Source: Nostoc punctiforme PCC 73102 (GTDB taxonomy: Bacteria > Cyanobacteriota > Cyanobacteriia > Cyanobacteriales > Nostocaceae). From it: a stretch of 32,000 bases of DNA. The DNA is taken from NCBI RefSeq assembly GCF_000020025.1, contig NC_010628.1, positions 6,870,001-6,902,000 of the forward strand, in the 5' to 3' direction. The translations under genes and the position numbers were made by a program. Of this stretch, positions 8,637 to 18,012 are shown one piece after another. The notes below the pieces were generated by a model. That model saw only the letters and a program-made list of their open reading frames with translations. It made no database searches and had not been told where the DNA came from. Numbering within the stretch: position 1 is the first letter of the stretch; each line of letters begins with the position of its first letter.

Positions 8637-9455
8637 ATGCCCACTTCGATGTTTCTTGCCCAAACCCAAGGAAAGCCTAAAAAGGCATCTCAGGAAGTGC
8701 CAGCAAGTAATCCTCAAATACCAACGTTATTGTTGGTAACTTCTGGAGGACTGGCTTTAGTGGTGATTGCTTTGATTGTATATAGTAAACTCCAGATGGA
8801 TAAGCTGGAGAAAAAAATTAAGTTTGAACAATTTCGCGCACGAGAATTAGAGAAAAAGTTTAAGCTGGCGCTGGAAACAATTCGCAAAATGGAAACTAAT
8901 CCCGATTTGGTAAACTCACGGGACTTTAACCTAGATTATCTACGAATGCGGATGTCAGAGGAGGTGTTTCATTTTGCAATCCTTAATCAAGTGAAGATTC
9001 AGATCAAAGAAAAAGTTACTCAAGCTCTGCGGCCAAATCAAGCACAACTTGGATCAGTCGGAATTGCTAATAGCGCTGGACGGCAAGTAGATGAAATTTT
9101 TGATGTAGAGTATGAGACTGGTAGCCCAGGGAACTCTGCCAAGCGAGTGCTGTTTCGCATTCAAATCCGATTAATGAAGTTACCGACGCAAGCAACTTCT
9201 GCGACTATTAGTCAAATTATTGACTGTATAGAAACTTACTTAAGCCCTATAGAAGACGAAGATAGTTGGCAACCAACAATTCAAGGTCGGATTGCTACTA
9301 TGCATTGGGATCAAAAGGCTAAACCCACGCCTCTACTGGTGCTGGAGCAATCAAATGAAGGCGTGAATGTGACTTTTCGTACTAGTCGCCAACCAAATGC
9401 CCCAACTCCGCCAAACCAGCCTGGAATGAAAAAATCAGGCTCGGCTAGACAATAA
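8637..9455 (+). CDS. Hypothetical single-pass membrane protein with a coiled-coil segment
   Basis: The tracked ORF starts at 8490 but would overlap the divergent HAD gene. Plausible starts are ATG 8565, 8637 or 8649. It has one TM helix (IPTLLLVTSGGLALVVIALIVYS), then the lysine-rich helical segment KLEKKIKFEQFRARELEKKFKLALE, then a C-terminal globular part. Confidence 0.6.
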   Translation: MPTSMFLAQTQGKPKKASQEVPASNPQIPTLLLVTSGGLALVVIALIVYSKLQMDKLEKKIKFEQFRARELEKKFKLALETIRKMETNPDLVNSRDFNLDYLRMRMSEEVFHFAILNQVKIQIKEKVTQALRPNQAQLGSVGIANSAGRQVDEIFDVEYETGSPGNSAKRVLFRIQIRLMKLPTQATSATISQIIDCIETYLSPIEDEDSWQPTIQGRIATMHWDQKAKPTPLLVLEQSNEGVNVTFRTSRQPNAPTPPNQPGMKKSGSARQ

Positions 9456-9463
9456 ATCATGGC

Positions 9464-9491
9464 TGTCATTGGTCATTAGTCATTGGTCATT
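9464..9491. repeat. STRR2-family heptamer array (GTCATTG/GTCATTA)
   Basis: Four tandem heptamers lie in the convergent junction between the membrane-protein gene and devA. Confidence 0.8.
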
Positions 9492-9507
9492 CACAAAGGA
9501 CAAATGG

Positions 9508-10212
9508 CTAAATGGGTGCATTTGAGGAATTACGGGTTAAAAGACCATCTTCCATTTCTACGATGCGATCGGCTATGTCTAAAATGCGGTTGTCGTGTGT
9601 CACTAATAAGATGGTGGTTCCCTGATTTTTGGCTAGACTCTGCATTATTTCCACAACATCGCGTCCTGATTGTTTGTCTAATGCTGCTGTTGGTTCATCT
9701 GCTAGCACCAGTGGCGGACGATTCACTAAGGCGCGAGCGATCGCAATTCTTTGTTTCTGTCCACCAGAAAGATTATCTGGGTAGTAGTCAACTCGTTCTT
9801 CTAAACCAACAGACCCCAGCATGGCTTTTGATTTAGCCATTGCTTCTGTTTGAGAAATATTATCATTCAACTCTACCGCCATTTGCACGTTTTGCTTCGC
9901 AGTCAAGAACCCTAGTAAATTGTGAGCTTGAAAAATATAACCAATGTTGCGTCGCATTTGTACCAGTTTGTTTTGACTGACACCAACGAGTTCTTCACCT
10001 AAAAATTTTAAACTTCCCTCTTGTACAGACCGCAAACCACCAATTAAGCTCAGTAATGTGGTTTTACCGGAACCTGATGGCCCGGTCATAATTACAATTT
10101 CACCAGGATAAATTTCTAGGTTGATGTCAAATAATATCTGTTTTCTCAATGCGCCTTTGCCATAGTAATGATTGAGATTCTTAATGGCAATTACAGGTTC
10201 TTTTTCTATCAT
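9508..10212 (-). CDS. devA: DevA-type ABC exporter ATP-binding subunit
   Basis: 234 aa with Walker A GPSGSGKT, signature LSGGQKQR and Walker B LVLADEPT. It is the last gene of a devB-devC-devA order. It closely resembles the MacB-like DevA family as I remember it. Confidence 0.9.
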   Translation of the reverse strand: MIEKEPVIAIKNLNHYYGKGALRKQILFDINLEIYPGEIVIMTGPSGSGKTTLLSLIGGLRSVQEGSLKFLGEELVGVSQNKLVQMRRNIGYIFQAHNLLGFLTAKQNVQMAVELNDNISQTEAMAKSKAMLGSVGLEERVDYYPDNLSGGQKQRIAIARALVNRPPLVLADEPTAALDKQSGRDVVEIMQSLAKNQGTTILLVTHDNRILDIADRIVEMEDGLLTRNSSNAPI

Positions 10213-10316
10213 GCTTCTGTTAGTTGTAAGTTAGATTTTTCAAAAATTAAGTTTTCTTAATTCTCAAGTATAAGTTCTATATTATTAATTGTTGATATTA
10301 ATTAATATTGAATTAA

Positions 10317-11471
10317 TTAAAAGATATCTGCTGGATCTGCGGAACGTAATTTCCGGACTGCGATCGCACCGGAAATAATACACATCAGCATAGTCAAAAT
10401 CAAAACCATTACGGCACGATCAAAACTCATAAAAACTGGTAAAAGTGTTGCATCTCTAGCACTTTGATACATAAATAAAGCAAAAAATATTCCAGGGAAA
10501 TATCCTAAAATAGCTAATAGCAAAGCCTCTTGAAGAATTACGGTTAATAAATAGTTTTGTGTATAGCCTATTGCTTTGAGAGTAGCATATTCAGCTAAGT
10601 GATCTGCAACTTCTGTATAAAGAATCTGATAAACAATGACAGTTCCTACAATGAAACCCATGACAGTCCCTAATGTGAAAATAAATCCAATAGCTGTACT
10701 GTTTGCCCAATAATTCCGCTCAAAATCAATAAATTCTTGCTTAGTTAAAACATTTACCTCTTTAGGTAAATACTGTCGTAGTTCTTGGGCAACAACTTGA
10801 GCATCTGCTCCCGGCTTTAATCTAATCAGCCCAATATCAATTAATCCTTTTTGACGATTACTAAATATTCGTAGAAAGTTAATATCACTCGTAATTAAAT
10901 TACCATCTGCGCCGAATGATGCACCTAATGTAAATAGTCCCTCTACTTTAATCCGCCGCCTTCGTACTTCTGCTGTTACAGTCTTTCCTTGGCTATAACT
11001 AGCAGCTATAGGCCCATACTCTACCCGTGAAGAACGGTCAAATAAAACGACATCAGGGAGTTTAAGTTTATCTAAATTCTCCTGAACACCAGGTAAGTTA
11101 AGTATATTAGTTTCTGGGTTCATTCCAAAAATTAGAATACTACGAGGACGGCCTGTTATAGGATTTTTCCAGATTGTAAAGTCCAAATATATAGGATGTA
11201 CTGATTGTACTGCGGGTAACTCTAAAGCTTTATATAAACGTCTTTGAGAAAAGCTCCTCATTGCTAAAACAGCACTAGATTGACTATTAATTAAGACAAT
11301 ATCACCTTGCAAGCTGTTATGAAATCTAACGTTACTATAATATAAGGCATCCCGAAAGCCGAGTTGCATAAACATTAAAATATCAGCAAAAGAAATTCCT
11401 GCTAAAGCCACAGCTAGGCGAGTTTTTTCCCTTGTCAGTTGTAGCCACGACAGAGGTATTTTTTGATTCAT
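10317..11471 (-). CDS. devC: DevC-type ABC exporter permease (FtsX/MacB-like)
   Basis: I prefer ATG 11471 (MNQKIPLSWLQL...) to the tracked TTG at 11486. It has an N-terminal TM helix, a large periplasmic domain and a C-terminal 3-TM FtsX-like bundle. Confidence 0.88.
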   Translation of the reverse strand: MNQKIPLSWLQLTREKTRLAVALAGISFADILMFMQLGFRDALYYSNVRFHNSLQGDIVLINSQSSAVLAMRSFSQRRLYKALELPAVQSVHPIYLDFTIWKNPITGRPRSILIFGMNPETNILNLPGVQENLDKLKLPDVVLFDRSSRVEYGPIAASYSQGKTVTAEVRRRRIKVEGLFTLGASFGADGNLITSDINFLRIFSNRQKGLIDIGLIRLKPGADAQVVAQELRQYLPKEVNVLTKQEFIDFERNYWANSTAIGFIFTLGTVMGFIVGTVIVYQILYTEVADHLAEYATLKAIGYTQNYLLTVILQEALLLAILGYFPGIFFALFMYQSARDATLLPVFMSFDRAVMVLILTMLMCIISGAIAVRKLRSADPADIF

Positions 11472-11499
11472 TTTATAGGTATCCAAGCACAGCTATTAT

Positions 11500-11607
11500 T
11501 TACAGCAGAATTCAGAATTTAGTAGTCATAAACCAGATGTAGCAGGTTTTAATATCTGGCTTTGAAGTTTAGGTTGTCTACCTCACTTAATTAAAAACTG
11601 CTGTAAT
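11500..11607. repeat. 108-bp imperfect palindromic element in the devB-devC spacer
   Basis: The outer 9-bp arms are ttacagcag (11500-11508) and ctgctgtaa (11599-11607). An inner stem pairs aaaccagat with atctgg(c)ttt around 11530-11563. Confidence 0.5.
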
Positions 11608-11720
11608 TTATCAAGCATTGTTTATAGAATGTTTGAAGTTGATGAAACAGCCTATCTAAGAACATCTCCAATTCAAAGTATCAAATTACAAATTGAGATT
11701 ACTGCTCATCCATAACTTAA

Positions 11721-13145
11721 CTAGTTATTAATTTCAACAACAACTTTAGCGTAAGTTAAACCAGAAACCTTTTGGCTATCTTCTGGAGGCAAAGCAATTT
11801 TAACTTCTACGACTCTGGCATCCACATCTGCTGCTGGATCTGTATTTAGCACGTCCTTTTTACCAATTTTTCTGCCAATTTCAGTGACAGTTCCCTTCAA
11901 TTCGCCGCTAAATGCTCCATTATCGCTGCTGATAGTGGCGTTTTGACCAATTTGCACTTTACCAATGCTGTCTTCGGCTACTTCAGCAATCACATACATT
12001 TGGCTAGTTTGGCCAATTTCAGCAATACCATTTGCACCTATGGCTTCACCTGACTTGGTATAAACTTTTAAAATCTCTCCAGCAATTGGTGCTTGAACGT
12101 AGCTTAACCTTAGTTGTGCTTCGGCTTTTCTGACATTTGCGATCGCATTACTAACTTGAGCTTGCGCTACTTGCACATCGGTAGGACTAACATCTAAAAT
12201 TCTGCTTAGTTTGGCCTTTTCTTCCTCAATTTGTCTTTGCAAAGTTGCTAAAGTTTTGTCACGGTTAACTTTCGCTTCGATTAGCTGCTGTTGCAATGTT
12301 GCTAAATTTTGTATTTGGTTAGCTCTAGCCTCGGCAAGTTGCTGTCGTATGGTTGCTAACGTCTGCTTTAGGGTAGCTTGGCTTTCGGCCACCTGTTGAT
12401 TAGAAGTTACTGCACTCAAGCGTCTGCGATCGCGCTCTTGCTGAGAAATCGCACCTTCTCGGTATAAAAAATCATAGCGTCCGGCATCGACTTGGGCATT
12501 GCGCTGTTCGGCTCGGATACGTGTAAGCGTTGCTCTGAGAGCTTCTCTTTGCCCACTGAGTTCAGCTTCTAAACGATTCACAGTTGCTTGCTGAACAAGT
12601 TTATCCCCACTTAATTGAGCTGCAATCCGGGCGATCGTTGCTTGTTGAGCATCCCTTTCCCCAACAAACTGCGCTTGTAAGCGAGCAACAACTGCTCTTT
12701 GAGCTTGAATATCTCTTGGAGATCCAGCCCTAACTTGCGCTAAATTCGCACGGGCTTCTTGCACTTTGGCTTTAGCCTCTTCTAGTCCAGCTATTTGGGT
12801 ATCGCGGTTGTCCAAAATTGCCAAAATTTGGCCTTGCTTTACTTGTTCACCCTCTCTCACCAGAAGTTGCTGAATTCGTGACGATGGCGCTAATCCTGAT
12901 GATGGGGCGGACAATTTAACAACTTCGCCTCGTGGTTCCAAACGCCCTACAGCACTAATGCTATTGGTAGATGGCATTACGGGTACAGATGTAGTGAGTT
13001 TTCTCAGCTGCTCGATTTTGGCTGTACCTAGTATCCCAGCCGCGATTACTATAGGCACAGCTACAGCGATACCCCACCAAATCTTAGGTTGTTCTTGATT
13101 AAGTGCCTGCTCACTTGGCTTTGGCTTTTCAGTCACCCTTGACAT
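11721..13145 (-). CDS. devB: DevB-type membrane fusion protein (HlyD family)
   Basis: I prefer ATG 13145 (MSRVTEKPKP...) to the tracked non-ATG start at 13232. It has an N-terminal TM helix (WWGIAVAVPIVIAAGILG), long heptad-rich coiled-coil repeats and a C-terminal beta domain. Confidence 0.88.
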   Translation of the reverse strand: MSRVTEKPKPSEQALNQEQPKIWWGIAVAVPIVIAAGILGTAKIEQLRKLTTSVPVMPSTNSISAVGRLEPRGEVVKLSAPSSGLAPSSRIQQLLVREGEQVKQGQILAILDNRDTQIAGLEEAKAKVQEARANLAQVRAGSPRDIQAQRAVVARLQAQFVGERDAQQATIARIAAQLSGDKLVQQATVNRLEAELSGQREALRATLTRIRAEQRNAQVDAGRYDFLYREGAISQQERDRRRLSAVTSNQQVAESQATLKQTLATIRQQLAEARANQIQNLATLQQQLIEAKVNRDKTLATLQRQIEEEKAKLSRILDVSPTDVQVAQAQVSNAIANVRKAEAQLRLSYVQAPIAGEILKVYTKSGEAIGANGIAEIGQTSQMYVIAEVAEDSIGKVQIGQNATISSDNGAFSGELKGTVTEIGRKIGKKDVLNTDPAADVDARVVEVKIALPPEDSQKVSGLTYAKVVVEINN

Positions 13146-13329
13146 AGTATGTTGCCCGTTTACCTGAATTGTGCTGATGGAAGTAAAAATAAAAGGGTTT
13201 TTAATCAACAGCCAGCTGCTTAGGACAAACAACAGTGCTTTAAAGCTGGGTATGGCTTAAAATCCATTGCGTGATGAACGCTCAACACTATGGTTTTGCA
13301 AAATGGTGTTTTCTAATAGCGATGTCTGA

Positions 13330-13600
13330 CGATAAGACGCTGACGCTCCTTCTCTGCGAGACGCTACGCGAACGTCGCTACCGCTTCGCTAATGCGTCTA
13401 CGCTTGTACCCTACAGGTAGCAATACTTGTCGGGTTTTGGGGCAAAGGGACTTTATATATCGAGCCTTCCACTCCTTTTTCCTTTAACAAAGCAGCATTG
13501 CTACGGGTAGCCGCTATGCGTCTATGTATGCAATACATTGACCTCACTTCCATTCCTCTTGCCTTTTAGGAGAGAAGAATGGAAGCTTGCTTACTTACTT
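13330..13600. repeat. Cluster of Nostoc-type short dispersed repeats and small inverted repeats
   Basis: Contains cttctctgcgagacgc (13349-13364) and gacgctacgcgaacgt (13360-13375); the latter recurs exactly at 22866-22881. Inverted pairs are ctacaggtagcaat/attgctacgggtag (about 13409-13510) and cttccattcctct/agagaagaatggaag (13547-13585). Confidence 0.75.
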
Positions 13601-13755
13601 GGGGTTAGGTCTGTATTGAAACCGAGAAGCGCTATAGTAGCTGGCTATTCAATAACTCTGAGTATTATTGAGACATGAGTGTAATGGAAATTAGCAGAAT
13701 CAAATCTAGATATAGAGACGCGATATATCATGTCTCTACACAAAATCCCAAAATG

Positions 13756-13769
13756 GTATGATGCGATAC
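13756..13769. promoter_or_regulatory. NtcA-consensus-like site GTA-N8-TAC
   Basis: The site is GTAtgatgcgaTAC. On the plus strand a TAN3T box (TACAGT, 13793-13798) follows after 23 nt. On the minus (devB) strand no good -10 box sits at the canonical distance. About 8 chance matches are expected per 32 kb. Confidence 0.2.
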
Positions 13770-14143
13770 TGTACTGCTACATCAACTACGGCTACAGTTG
13801 TCACAAAATTGACAAAAATAGACTGTTGCCTTGTTTGGATACAATCTTGCTACAAAAGTTAGTCTTTCTTAAGTGAATGAATGATTAACTAACTAAAAAA
13901 TATCTATCAACTTGAGCATTCCTAACATCAGAGTTTCCTTAACTTTCTGGTCAATGAGTTAGCTGTCTCTAGTTGCTTGCACCTGCCAAGACAACCAACC
14001 ATTTTGTGATATTTGCTTCAAAGACCTGACTACTCTCCCTGTTGGCGTTTTGAGACTCCATTAAACTCTCGTTGAATGAATTCTACATTTATCTGTGACG
14101 CGAAAACGTAACAGAGCCTACAGATGGGGAGATGGGGGAATGA

Positions 14144-14881
14144 TTAAGTTGGAAGGTCGAATAAAACTGTGGTCATATAATTTTCTGCCCAAACTGGACC
14201 AAAGGCTTTTTCTAGTACGCGGCGGGTTTTATCGTTTTGCTGCTGTTTAGTACAGTAGTTGTGTTGTCCAGCGAGATTTTGTGTAACTTGTTCGACTGAA
14301 ACAGGATGTGAAGCGATCGCTTGCATACAATGAATGTCTAAAAATTCTCGCACACGCGACAGAAACATTGCTTCTTCTTCTGGGGAACCGGGACGCACAA
14401 AGATGCAAAAATCCGAAAAAATATTTCCCCATTCTGGTAATTCACGGGGTTGGGAAAAGTTAAGCACTGGTAGCTGTGCCAGTGCAGTAGTATAAGATTC
14501 TGGTAAGGTGCGCTCTAATTGGATAGGGGAAAGATCTGCGATCGCTGCACTAATTTGACCTCTACCCCCAACTAAATCACAACCAAACATCGGCAGGTTG
14601 TATTGGGGACGGGGAAACATGACGCAGTGCAAAATATCCAGCATATTTCCGATGTTTGCCAGTTCCAAGTGCATTTTGCGAAACTGGGGCGTTTGATAGC
14701 ACCGATTTTCAATCGTCAGTTTTTCGCCTTCTAGTCTACCTTCCACATACCCCAACTCATCAGGCAAATGGTAGGGCGATAGATCCAGGTGCTGATGCCA
14801 AGCTGCCTCAATACAATCAGCTAGCTGACGAATTAGGGGATGTTGTTGCTCACGCAGCGAGGGCATAGAAGTAAATGACAT
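14144..14881 (-). CDS. pcyA: Phycocyanobilin:ferredoxin oxidoreductase
   Basis: 245 aa. Near-complete agreement with my memory of Anabaena/Nostoc PcyA (…[16 protein letters not shown]…[31 protein letters not shown]…[22 protein letters not shown]). Confidence 0.95.
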   Translation of the reverse strand: MSFTSMPSLREQQHPLIRQLADCIEAAWHQHLDLSPYHLPDELGYVEGRLEGEKLTIENRCYQTPQFRKMHLELANIGNMLDILHCVMFPRPQYNLPMFGCDLVGGRGQISAAIADLSPIQLERTLPESYTTALAQLPVLNFSQPRELPEWGNIFSDFCIFVRPGSPEEEAMFLSRVREFLDIHCMQAIASHPVSVEQVTQNLAGQHNYCTKQQQNDKTRRVLEKAFGPVWAENYMTTVLFDLPT

Positions 14882-15082
14882 AAGCTAGTTGGGAATGCGA
14901 ATCTAATGCCCAGTCTACAACCTGTCGTGCCACACCTGTGTGGTCTGCAATATAAGCAAACAGTTCCACACAGCCAACGTAAAGTTATACGACAGATGCT
15001 TTTCACAAAGATTATTTATTTTGTAGTCTAGGTTACAGAAATAATTTTAGATTAGCCCATTTGTGAAGGCTAATAGAAAGCT

Positions 15083-15292
15083 ATGAAACTAGATTCTCGT
15101 AGACCAGATTTTGCTGTGCAACCAAGAAGGCAGAATCTGGAGGATTTAAATTGGGTAAAACTTTTGCAACTTCCTAACCCCTTTAGTTTTGACGAAGCAC
15201 TTTTATTATGTCCGGTTTCAGCAGATGAGTGGCTAGCCTGGATTCCAGATCATGGGGAGGCGATACTCAATATTAGACATTTTTGCTACTAA
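15083..15292 (+). CDS. Small hypothetical protein, 69 aa
   Basis: ATG start, divergent from pcyA. The C-terminal half (EALLLCPVSADEWLAWIPDHGEAILN) resembles a small conserved cyanobacterial family as I remember it. No function is known. Confidence 0.5.
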   Translation: MKLDSRRPDFAVQPRRQNLEDLNWVKLLQLPNPFSFDEALLLCPVSADEWLAWIPDHGEAILNIRHFCY

Positions 15293-15335
15293 GTATTTTT
15301 AGACAGGTTTACTATTTGATGTTTGAAAATATACG

Positions 15336-15573
15336 TAGGGTGTGTTGGTGACAGCGTAACGCACCATTTATAAACGTAAGTTCGATAAACTTCTTCCTGC
15401 CTTGAATTTGTGTTCAAATCTGTCCCTCTTCGACTCGGAGAGAGACAGTTCTGCATAGTAAAACCAGGGAGAGGTTTCAATATTTAAGGTAATTATGCGG
15501 TTAGTAAATGAGCCGTCGAACTCACGTTTTATAAGAATTTGGTGCGTTCCGACGTTCCGTCTAACACACCCTA
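15336..15573. mobile_element. MITE-like non-autonomous element (238 bp, ~50-bp imperfect terminal inverted repeats)
   Basis: The left end tagggtgtgttggtgacagcgtaacgcaccatttataaacgtaagttcga matches the reverse complement of the right end (tagggtgtgttagacggaacgtcggaacgcaccaaattcttataaaacgtgagttcga). TA dinucleotides lie at both junctions. It has no coding capacity. Confidence 0.6.
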
Positions 15574-15705
15574 AAATACCTAAATTTTTTTCATAAATCA
15601 AATCGGATTCCTATAGCATTATCTCAGTGATAACTATGTGAAAAACCTTTCCTAATTAAATTAAATGATACAGCTTATTGCAGATACTCGCCGAAAAGTT
15701 CCAAC

Positions 15706-18012
15706 TTATCTGGTGAATTGATTTACAACAGATGTACTCTGAATACGCCATTTACCTCGTTCTCGAATCAAGTCATACCGAACTCTTAATTTATCGTTAG
15801 AAGAGTTTTTAAACTGATTATTTTCATATAACTGCGTCACTTCTTTGACCGTAGCTTCTACTGCGGCACGATCTGCAAATAAACCAATTTTCTCAACAGA
15901 TTCTATCTTCAAACTATGGTCGAACTTGCGGTAGCGATTGTCTAACTTATTCTGTTGAGCAATCAGTCGCCATTGAGATAAAGCTGAACCAGTTAAAATT
16001 TGCTCTAAATTATTAATCTCATGATTGGGCCCTAAAGCTGCGGCTTTGGTAGATAACCAAGTGTGAATAACTTCTTCTGCCTCTGCATTTGTTAAAGGGC
16101 CTTCTTCTGATTCTGGTTTTCTATTTGGATCGGGAATAGGTAACGGTGGTTGGTTTATTTGTACAAACAACTGTAGATCAGGCGGAGAAGGTTGAGGAAA
16201 AAACAGATTTTTTAACCATCCAAAAGTTGTTGTGGCTAATACCCAAAAAACTAATATGCTCACCAAAGAAATAAACACTCTCCATACCAGCCGTGTTTTA
16301 CCTTCTATGGTGTTCGCAAAAGTTCGCCGCCTTCGGGGACGACGAGAATGAGGACGATTATCTGGTATACGCTCTCGGCTAGCAGATGGAGTAGGTTTTC
16401 TCCGCCTACGCTTTTGGTTATGACCAGATGCAGCACTCTTAGCTGAACCGTTCAAATGCTGATTAGTACCTCTGCTCATCCTTTCAGCAGCAGGAACCTC
16501 TGATTTTATACTTCCAGATGAACTCCACATAGGTGGTGAGAAGTTTGGATATTCAGAGGTTTCTTTTGTTGGTGTTTCTGGCAAATCTGGGTTAGGTACT
16601 CTGCTGTGATTAAATGACGCTGAAGTTTTAGTTGAATTGTTATGAAAATGAGTATTCTTTGCCTTGGCCTGGGGAAAATACTGGGGGTTAATTACAGCCC
16701 ATTCATTAGTTGTTTGGGCATCAGTTGGCAGTGCTTCTAAATAAGCTTGCACCTGTTGGTTAGCAAAGTAATCTTTTAGGAAAGCTTGCTGGTTTGCTAA
16801 ATCTCGAAAATGGGGAAAGACTTCGTGTTGCAGCCACTGTTCTGCATATAAACACAGACCCGGTAACAAATCTGGAGAGTCCTGAGATTTTTCCCGAATA
16901 AAAGCTAAAGCTTCGTACTCCTGACTAAGTTCTAAAACACGAGTTGCTTCTTCAGTTTGCCCCAAAAGTAAGGCACATAGCGACTGTTCTAAATGTACAT
17001 CTTGGCGCTTGCCCAGACGCACGAGCATTTGTCTTGCTTGACGAATTAAAGCAGGTTGCCGTTGAGCAAATCCTCGCGCTATCAAGGCATAAACAGCTAA
17101 GTAAGTGGCAACAGCAGAAGAACGTTTGCTTTGAGCTTCAAATAACTTGTGCTGTTCTGCAACTGTTAAGTGGTTGCGTAACTGCTGGATAAATCGCAGA
17201 AAGTCATCTATGTTTAAACCCGATTCATCATTGTTCGTGCCATCAATCCCGCCACGATCTTCTAAGAGATTTTGCAATAATTCTAAGCCTTGGCTTCGTT
17301 CGGCAGTCTTTTCTTGAGGTAATGCGAGCAACTCCAAAATTCGATATGGCCGCAATTTGTAAAGATCAGCCTGAATTTCTGCCTGGATACTGGAGAACAA
17401 ACCTTCACGTACTAGCAGCTCTTGACCAGTTTCTAGGGATATGGCGGCATTTTCGTAGTGACCTTGCTGCCACTGTTCCCGACCTAATTCTAGACAGGCA
17501 AGAGCAACAGTGAGAACGACATCTGGGTGTTCAGCACTTTCATAAATTTCTTCATCTGCTAAGTTATTGCTTTTTCTTGAACTTGTAGCACTATTTTTAT
17601 TTACTAGGTACGGACGACCTAGTTTCAATACAAGTTCGTATTCACCCAACTCTTGCAAAATTAATAAAGCGCCAACTAATTCGTCTTGGGTAATTTCTAT
17701 ACCAAGACTCTGGGTATCACTACCCCTTTTGGTGCTTTCTGTACGATTTTCCTGTGCTACTGCGGCAGCAGCAAGGTTATCAGGGTCATAGGCGTGGGCA
17801 AGATAAAGCTGATCGTAGGTACTGCGTTGTTTTGGATCTGATAAAACCACGTAAGCTTCTTCTATGAGTTGTTTACGAGAAGAAATTGCTGCCTGAGAAT
17901 ACTCACGTCGTGGCAATTGTACAATGCGATCGCTGTATGCCTGTCGCAATTGTTCTTCACTTGCCGCTAACGGTAGTCCTAAAATTCGGTAGTAATCTAG
18001 CGGAATTCGCAC
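15706..18012 (-). CDS. zipN: Cell division protein ZipN/Ftn2 (ARC6 homolog)
   Basis: 768 aa with a GTG start. The N-terminal J-like domain is RIPLDYYRILGLPLAASEEQLRQAY...LSDPKQRSTYD, with LPR where HPD would be. It continues with a TPR-like helical region, a Pro/Arg-rich linker, one TM helix (VWRVFISLVSILVFWVLATTTFGWL) and a C-terminal DUF4101-like domain. Confidence 0.9.
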   Translation of the reverse strand: MRIPLDYYRILGLPLAASEEQLRQAYSDRIVQLPRREYSQAAISSRKQLIEEAYVVLSDPKQRSTYDQLYLAHAYDPDNLAAAAVAQENRTESTKRGSDTQSLGIEITQDELVGALLILQELGEYELVLKLGRPYLVNKNSATSSRKSNNLADEEIYESAEHPDVVLTVALACLELGREQWQQGHYENAAISLETGQELLVREGLFSSIQAEIQADLYKLRPYRILELLALPQEKTAERSQGLELLQNLLEDRGGIDGTNNDESGLNIDDFLRFIQQLRNHLTVAEQHKLFEAQSKRSSAVATYLAVYALIARGFAQRQPALIRQARQMLVRLGKRQDVHLEQSLCALLLGQTEEATRVLELSQEYEALAFIREKSQDSPDLLPGLCLYAEQWLQHEVFPHFRDLANQQAFLKDYFANQQVQAYLEALPTDAQTTNEWAVINPQYFPQAKAKNTHFHNNSTKTSASFNHSRVPNPDLPETPTKETSEYPNFSPPMWSSSGSIKSEVPAAERMSRGTNQHLNGSAKSAASGHNQKRRRRKPTPSASRERIPDNRPHSRRPRRRRTFANTIEGKTRLVWRVFISLVSILVFWVLATTTFGWLKNLFFPQPSPPDLQLFVQINQPPLPIPDPNRKPESEEGPLTNAEAEEVIHTWLSTKAAALGPNHEINNLEQILTGSALSQWRLIAQQNKLDNRYRKFDHSLKIESVEKIGLFADRAAVEATVKEVTQLYENNQFKNSSNDKLRVRYDLIRERGKWRIQSTSVVNQFTR

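Noticed and set aside
9483-9836. 117-aa plus-strand ORF
   Set aside because: It is antisense to devA and begins inside a heptamer array.
10213-10316. AT-rich palindromes in the devC-devA spacer considered as a regulator-binding site
   Set aside because: At roughly 80 percent A+T, a 14-bp AT-only palindrome is not statistically compelling. It is mentioned only within the devBCA spacer finding.
13274-13417. 47-aa plus-strand ORF (MNAQHYGFAKWCF...LRERRYRFANAS...)
   Set aside because: It runs through the gacgctacgcgaacg dispersed repeat and has no SD. This is a typical repeat-translation artefact.
13730-13876. 48-aa Cys/Tyr-rich plus-strand ORF (MSLHKIPKWYDAILYCYINYGYSCHK...)
   Set aside because: It has no SD, its ATG lies inside a repeat hairpin (tagagacg...tgtctcta), and I can assert no conservation. 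The support is too weak to call a gene.
14247-14868. ORFs 14247-14432 (minus, alternate frame) and 14656-14868 (plus)
   Set aside because: Both lie inside pcyA, in the wrong frame or on the wrong strand.
14930-14943. CCACAC-N2-GTGTGG dyad about 50 nt upstream of pcyA as a regulator site
   Set aside because: It is a single short dyad with no second copy or known cognate factor that I can name. It is not supportable from sequence alone.
15289-15601. Minus-strand ORFs 15289-15480 and 15368-15601
   Set aside because: Both are generated by the MITE-like element. They overlap each other in different frames and use non-canonical starts.
16944-17791. Plus-strand ORFs 16944-17192, 17322-17513 and 17567-17791
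   Set aside because: They are antisense within zipN.
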